Shown: positions 7,322 through 10,084 of the stretch, piece by piece
Layout of the letters: each line of letters begins with the position of its first letter
Position numbering within the stretch: position 1 is the first letter of the stretch
The notes under the pieces: model-generated
What the model saw: only the letters and a program-made list of their open reading frames with translations
Told to the model about the DNA's origin: nothing
Databases searched by the model: none
Position numbers and translations under genes: made by a program
Origin: Promethearchaeota archaeon Loki_b31
GTDB taxonomy: Archaea; Asgardarchaeota; Lokiarchaeia; Sigyniarchaeales; SOKP01
Assembly (NCBI GenBank): GCA_005222975.1
Contig: NJBI01000089.1
Span: 1 to 10,084, forward strand
Direction of reading: 5' to 3'
Length of the DNA stretch: 10,084 nt

Positions 7322-7360
7322 TACAATTATAAATGAAATAATTATATTCATATTAAGGTA

Positions 7361-7375
7361 GTTATAAACTTTTCT
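7361..7375 (-). promoter_or_regulatory. BRE-TATA promoter of the tusA-yeeE-dsrEFH operon
   Basis: Minus strand AGAAAAG-TTTATAAC is a close match to the archaeal consensus and predicts a TSS near 7335-7340. Confidence 0.6.
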
Positions 7376-7715
7376 TAACAAAAACAGACATAAAAGTAAA
7401 TTCAAAAAATTAAGCCTAAGATAACTGATTTTGATAGCAACGAAATTAATTTGCATGTTCCCCAAAGTGAAGTGAAGAACATAAAGAGAAAAGCTAAAGG
7501 GTGTAATAAAATAGGTGAAAAAATTTTAATAACACCCAATAAAAAAACGGCAGTTTTTGTCGATATAGTTAATTAATGTTTATAAATTATTTCATTTCTT
7601 AATAATTTCAATTTAATTATGTTACAATATTAAATGTTTTATTTAAATAAACCTAACAATTTAGAAAAACACTTTTTTAGATTAAAAAAATAAAAACAAC
7701 AGTTATGGAATGAGT

Positions 7716-8282
7716 TCACACACAAAATAAATGGTCAATCAATATATTTACTCCTATACCGATTAGAATAACCCCACCAATCAATTCGACTTTATTCCCG
7801 AAAAATTGACCAACTTTATTTCCAATAAGGACTCCGAGGACGGAAAAACCGAAGGCTACAGTTCCAATTAAAATTATTGGAACTAAAATATAGACGCTCA
7901 AAATGGCAAAACTTAATCCTATAGCCAACGCGTCAATGCTTGTTGCAATGCCTAATAATATTAAAACTAAAAATTTGAGGGGGTTGATTTTTTTATCCTC
8001 GTCTAAGTCAGTTTTTCTAGATTCGTAAATTATTTTAGTTCCAATTACTAAAAGTAGAGTGAACGCAATCCAATGATCAATATTCGATATTAAATGTGCG
8101 ATATACATTCCTCCAAGCCAGCCTAAAAATGTAAAAAATCCTTGGAAAAAACCCGTGGACGAAGCAATTTTTAAGGCATGTTTTAATTTAACATCTTTAA
8201 TAATGATTCCACTAGTGTTTGAAACTGCAAACGCATCCATTGCCAAAGCAATTGCGATTAAAACTAATAAAATAAAATCCAT
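7716..8282 (-). CDS. mntP: Manganese efflux pump MntP family
   Basis: ALAMDAFAVS, FQG, DHWIAF, ATSIDALAIG and ELIGGVILIGIG motifs, about 6 TM segments. Confidence 0.93.
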   Translation of the reverse strand: MDFILLVLIAIALAMDAFAVSNTSGIIIKDVKLKHALKIASSTGFFQGFFTFLGWLGGMYIAHLISNIDHWIAFTLLLVIGTKIIYESRKTDLDEDKKINPLKFLVLILLGIATSIDALAIGLSFAILSVYILVPIILIGTVAFGFSVLGVLIGNKVGQFFGNKVELIGGVILIGIGVNILIDHLFCV

Positions 8283-8397
8283 AATTTAATTTAGGCTAGA
8301 AATTTTTTTTAATCTAATTTATGTGTAAAGTAGTAAATTAAATTCTTTTATTAAACTCTATCTAATCAGAATAGAATAAGTATTTTGTGAGAAATAA

Positions 8398-9402
8398 ATG
8401 ACTTTTCAAAATAATTATACGAATAACATTAGCCAAGATCTAGATTTGGGAAAGAAATCTATTGCAATTAAAGTTTCTAACCTTTATAAAAGATTTGAGG
8501 ATCTTATCGCTGTAAACGATGTTTCTTTTGAAATTTATGAAGGAGAAATCGTAGGGATTCTTGGTCCTAATGGTGCTGGTAAAACTACTACTATTCGATT
8601 ATTAACTGGTATTTTTAAATTAGAAGACAAGGCAAGCATTGAAGTTTTTAACGAAGATATAATTAAAAATCTATATAAATATAAAATAAATTTTGGAATC
8701 GTGCCAGAAGTTAGTAATGCTTTTTCAGATTTTACTGTATTTCAAAATCTTAAGTTTTCAGGCTGTATATATGGTTTTCCAAAGAGTAAGATTGAAAAGC
8801 GCTCGAAAGAACTGCTAGAACAATTTAACTTAATCGATAAAATGCATTCCAAAACAAAGGCGCTATCAAAGGGGCTTAAGCAGCGTCTTAATTTTTGTTT
8901 AGCGTTACTTCACGAGCCTTCTATCCTAATTCTTGACGAGCCTACAAGTGGTTTGGATCCAATTTCCGTTAAATTAATGAGAAACCGCATTCTTCAATTG
9001 AAAAAGGAGGGTAAAACGATCTTAATTACTACTCACGATATGCAAGAAGCAGAAACCATTTGCGATAGAATTTTGATTATGAATAGAGGTAAAATTATTG
9101 CTGATGAGAGTCCTAATACCCTTCGTGAAAGATTTAAATCTACATCAACTATTCTATTTAAAATCGATGGAGTTTTATCGAATGATCAAAAAAACACCTT
9201 GATGGACACATTTGATATAATAAAGGAAGAAAACGATTATTATGTTTTTTCTAGCGACGATGCTCTTAAGGATATATCTATGCTATATAATTTTTCTAAA
9301 GAAAACAACTTAAACATTTCAGATTTTAAAGTAAAAGAAACATCGTTAGAAGAAGTATTTATCCATCTAATAAAAAAAGATTCAATTTCTATAGGGGATT
9401 AA
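8398..9402 (+). CDS. ABC-2 type (multidrug-like) exporter ATP-binding protein
   Basis: Walker A GPNGAGKTT, signature LSKGLKQR, Walker B ILDEPTSGLD, TTH switch and C-terminal SLEEVF. Confidence 0.93.
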   Translation: MTFQNNYTNNISQDLDLGKKSIAIKVSNLYKRFEDLIAVNDVSFEIYEGEIVGILGPNGAGKTTTIRLLTGIFKLEDKASIEVFNEDIIKNLYKYKINFGIVPEVSNAFSDFTVFQNLKFSGCIYGFPKSKIEKRSKELLEQFNLIDKMHSKTKALSKGLKQRLNFCLALLHEPSILILDEPTSGLDPISVKLMRNRILQLKKEGKTILITTHDMQEAETICDRILIMNRGKIIADESPNTLRERFKSTSTILFKIDGVLSNDQKNTLMDTFDIIKEENDYYVFSSDDALKDISMLYNFSKENNLNISDFKVKETSLEEVFIHLIKKDSISIGD

Positions 9403-9405
9403 ATA

Positions 9406-9593
9406 ATGATAACAGATGGTTTAAACAGAATTTGGATATTAAGTAAGAAAAACGTCTCGCTATACATAAAAAGAGGTCCTGTTTTAATTTTTGGTCTAAT
9501 GTTTCCTTTCTTTATGACACTTTCTTGGGTTATAGGTAGAGATATCTCAATAAATCATGTGTTTATCGGAATTGTATCCATGACATCTTTTTT
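9406..9593 (+). pseudogene. ABC-2 permease N-terminal fragment, truncated at a sequence discontinuity (likely assembly artefact)
   Basis: Starts 3 bp after the ATPase. RIWILSKKN..LY..RGPVLIFGLMFPFF...IGIVSMTSF is a typical ABC-2 permease start, but it stops after about 62 codons where composition changes. Confidence 0.75.
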
Positions 9594-10084
9594 GGCTGCA
9601 GACAAAAGAAATCTGGCCATATGAATTTGTCCACTTTCATCCTCACATGCCAAATGCAGGGCTGTGTAGTACTCCGAGTCAACGCTATTGATATCTGCTC
9701 CACACTCTATCAGCTTCTTAGCTATGCCTACGTTTCTTTTGTAGACAGAGAAGTGAAGCATGGAGCTGCCGGGTCTCAGAAAGAAGGCTTTGTTGCGATG
9801 TGAAGACCCCACACTCCAGTCTGTTTTAGCATTGACATCACTGCCTAGAAACAACAATGTGGTGACTGCATCATCCATTCCTGCAGCTATTGCCATGCCA
9901 AGCGGGGTCTGTGATGTGCCAAGCGTTTGCATCCCAGATCTGTTTAGGGAGCAACCGGCGTTCATGAGTGCAAGACAGATCCTGATGTCCTTCTGATTTG
10001 CTGCAAGCACTACAGGCACCATCCCATTTTGCTCTCGGTTAGGATTGGCACCTAGGTCTAGTAACACCTTGACCATCCTCAGAT
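9555..10084 (-). CDS. Ankyrin-repeat protein fragment, open at the window edge; foreign, eukaryote-like composition
   Basis: Repeats LRMVKVLLDLGANPN, TPLGMAI...LLFLGSDVN, SMLHFSV...LIECGADIN and TALHLAC. The frame is open to 10084. The last ~12 codons are read-through into the antisense of the permease. Confidence 0.8.
   Translation of the reverse strand, partial: LRMVKVLLDLGANPNREQNGMVPVVLAANQKDIRICLALMNAGCSLNRSGMQTLGTSQTPLGMAIAAGMDDAVTTLLFLGSDVNAKTDWSVGSSHRNKAFFLRPGSSMLHFSVYKRNVGIAKKLIECGADINSVDSEYYTALHLACEDESGQIHMARFLLSAAKKDVMDTIPINT

Noticed and set aside
8288-8375. TTTAGGCTAGAAA and TCTATCT..AGAATAGA as DtxR/MntR-type operators for mntP
   Set aside because: The symmetry is too weak to distinguish from chance in such AT-rich DNA.
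9621-9996. Plus-strand ORFs 9621..9803 and 9760..9996 as a continuation of the permease
   Set aside because: No multi-TM permease character; they are antisense to the ankyrin frame.

Overview
Low-GC (~30%) archaeal-type DNA with GGAGG/GGTGA ribosome-binding sites and BRE-TATA promoters. The gene set suggests Asgard/Lokiarchaeia, but that is inference. From left to right: (1) a + strand operon with a 5'-truncated lipoyl-carrier (GcvH-like) gene that appears fused behind a DGC-domain C-terminus, two tandem DGC-family Cys proteins and a DUF166 protein; (2) a convergent Lrp/AsnC regulator with a Cys-rich C-terminal tail; (3) a complete 1,779-bp IS (3024-4802) with 32-bp TIRs and a Mutator/IS256-like DDE transposase, inserted in a poly-A/T tract; (4) a - strand sulfur-trafficking operon tusA-yeeE-dsrE-dsrF-dsrH, whose leader carries palindromes phased at 30-31 bp; (5) mntP; (6) an ABC-2 ATPase and a permease cut off at about 9590 by a GC-richer, CpG-poor ankyrin-repeat fragment, most likely a chimeric join. 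The best candidate for an undescribed system is thiosulfate/persulfide uptake and relay with no DsrC/TusE in the window, next to a lipoyl-DGC module and a Cys-tailed Lrp with a candidate four-site operator.
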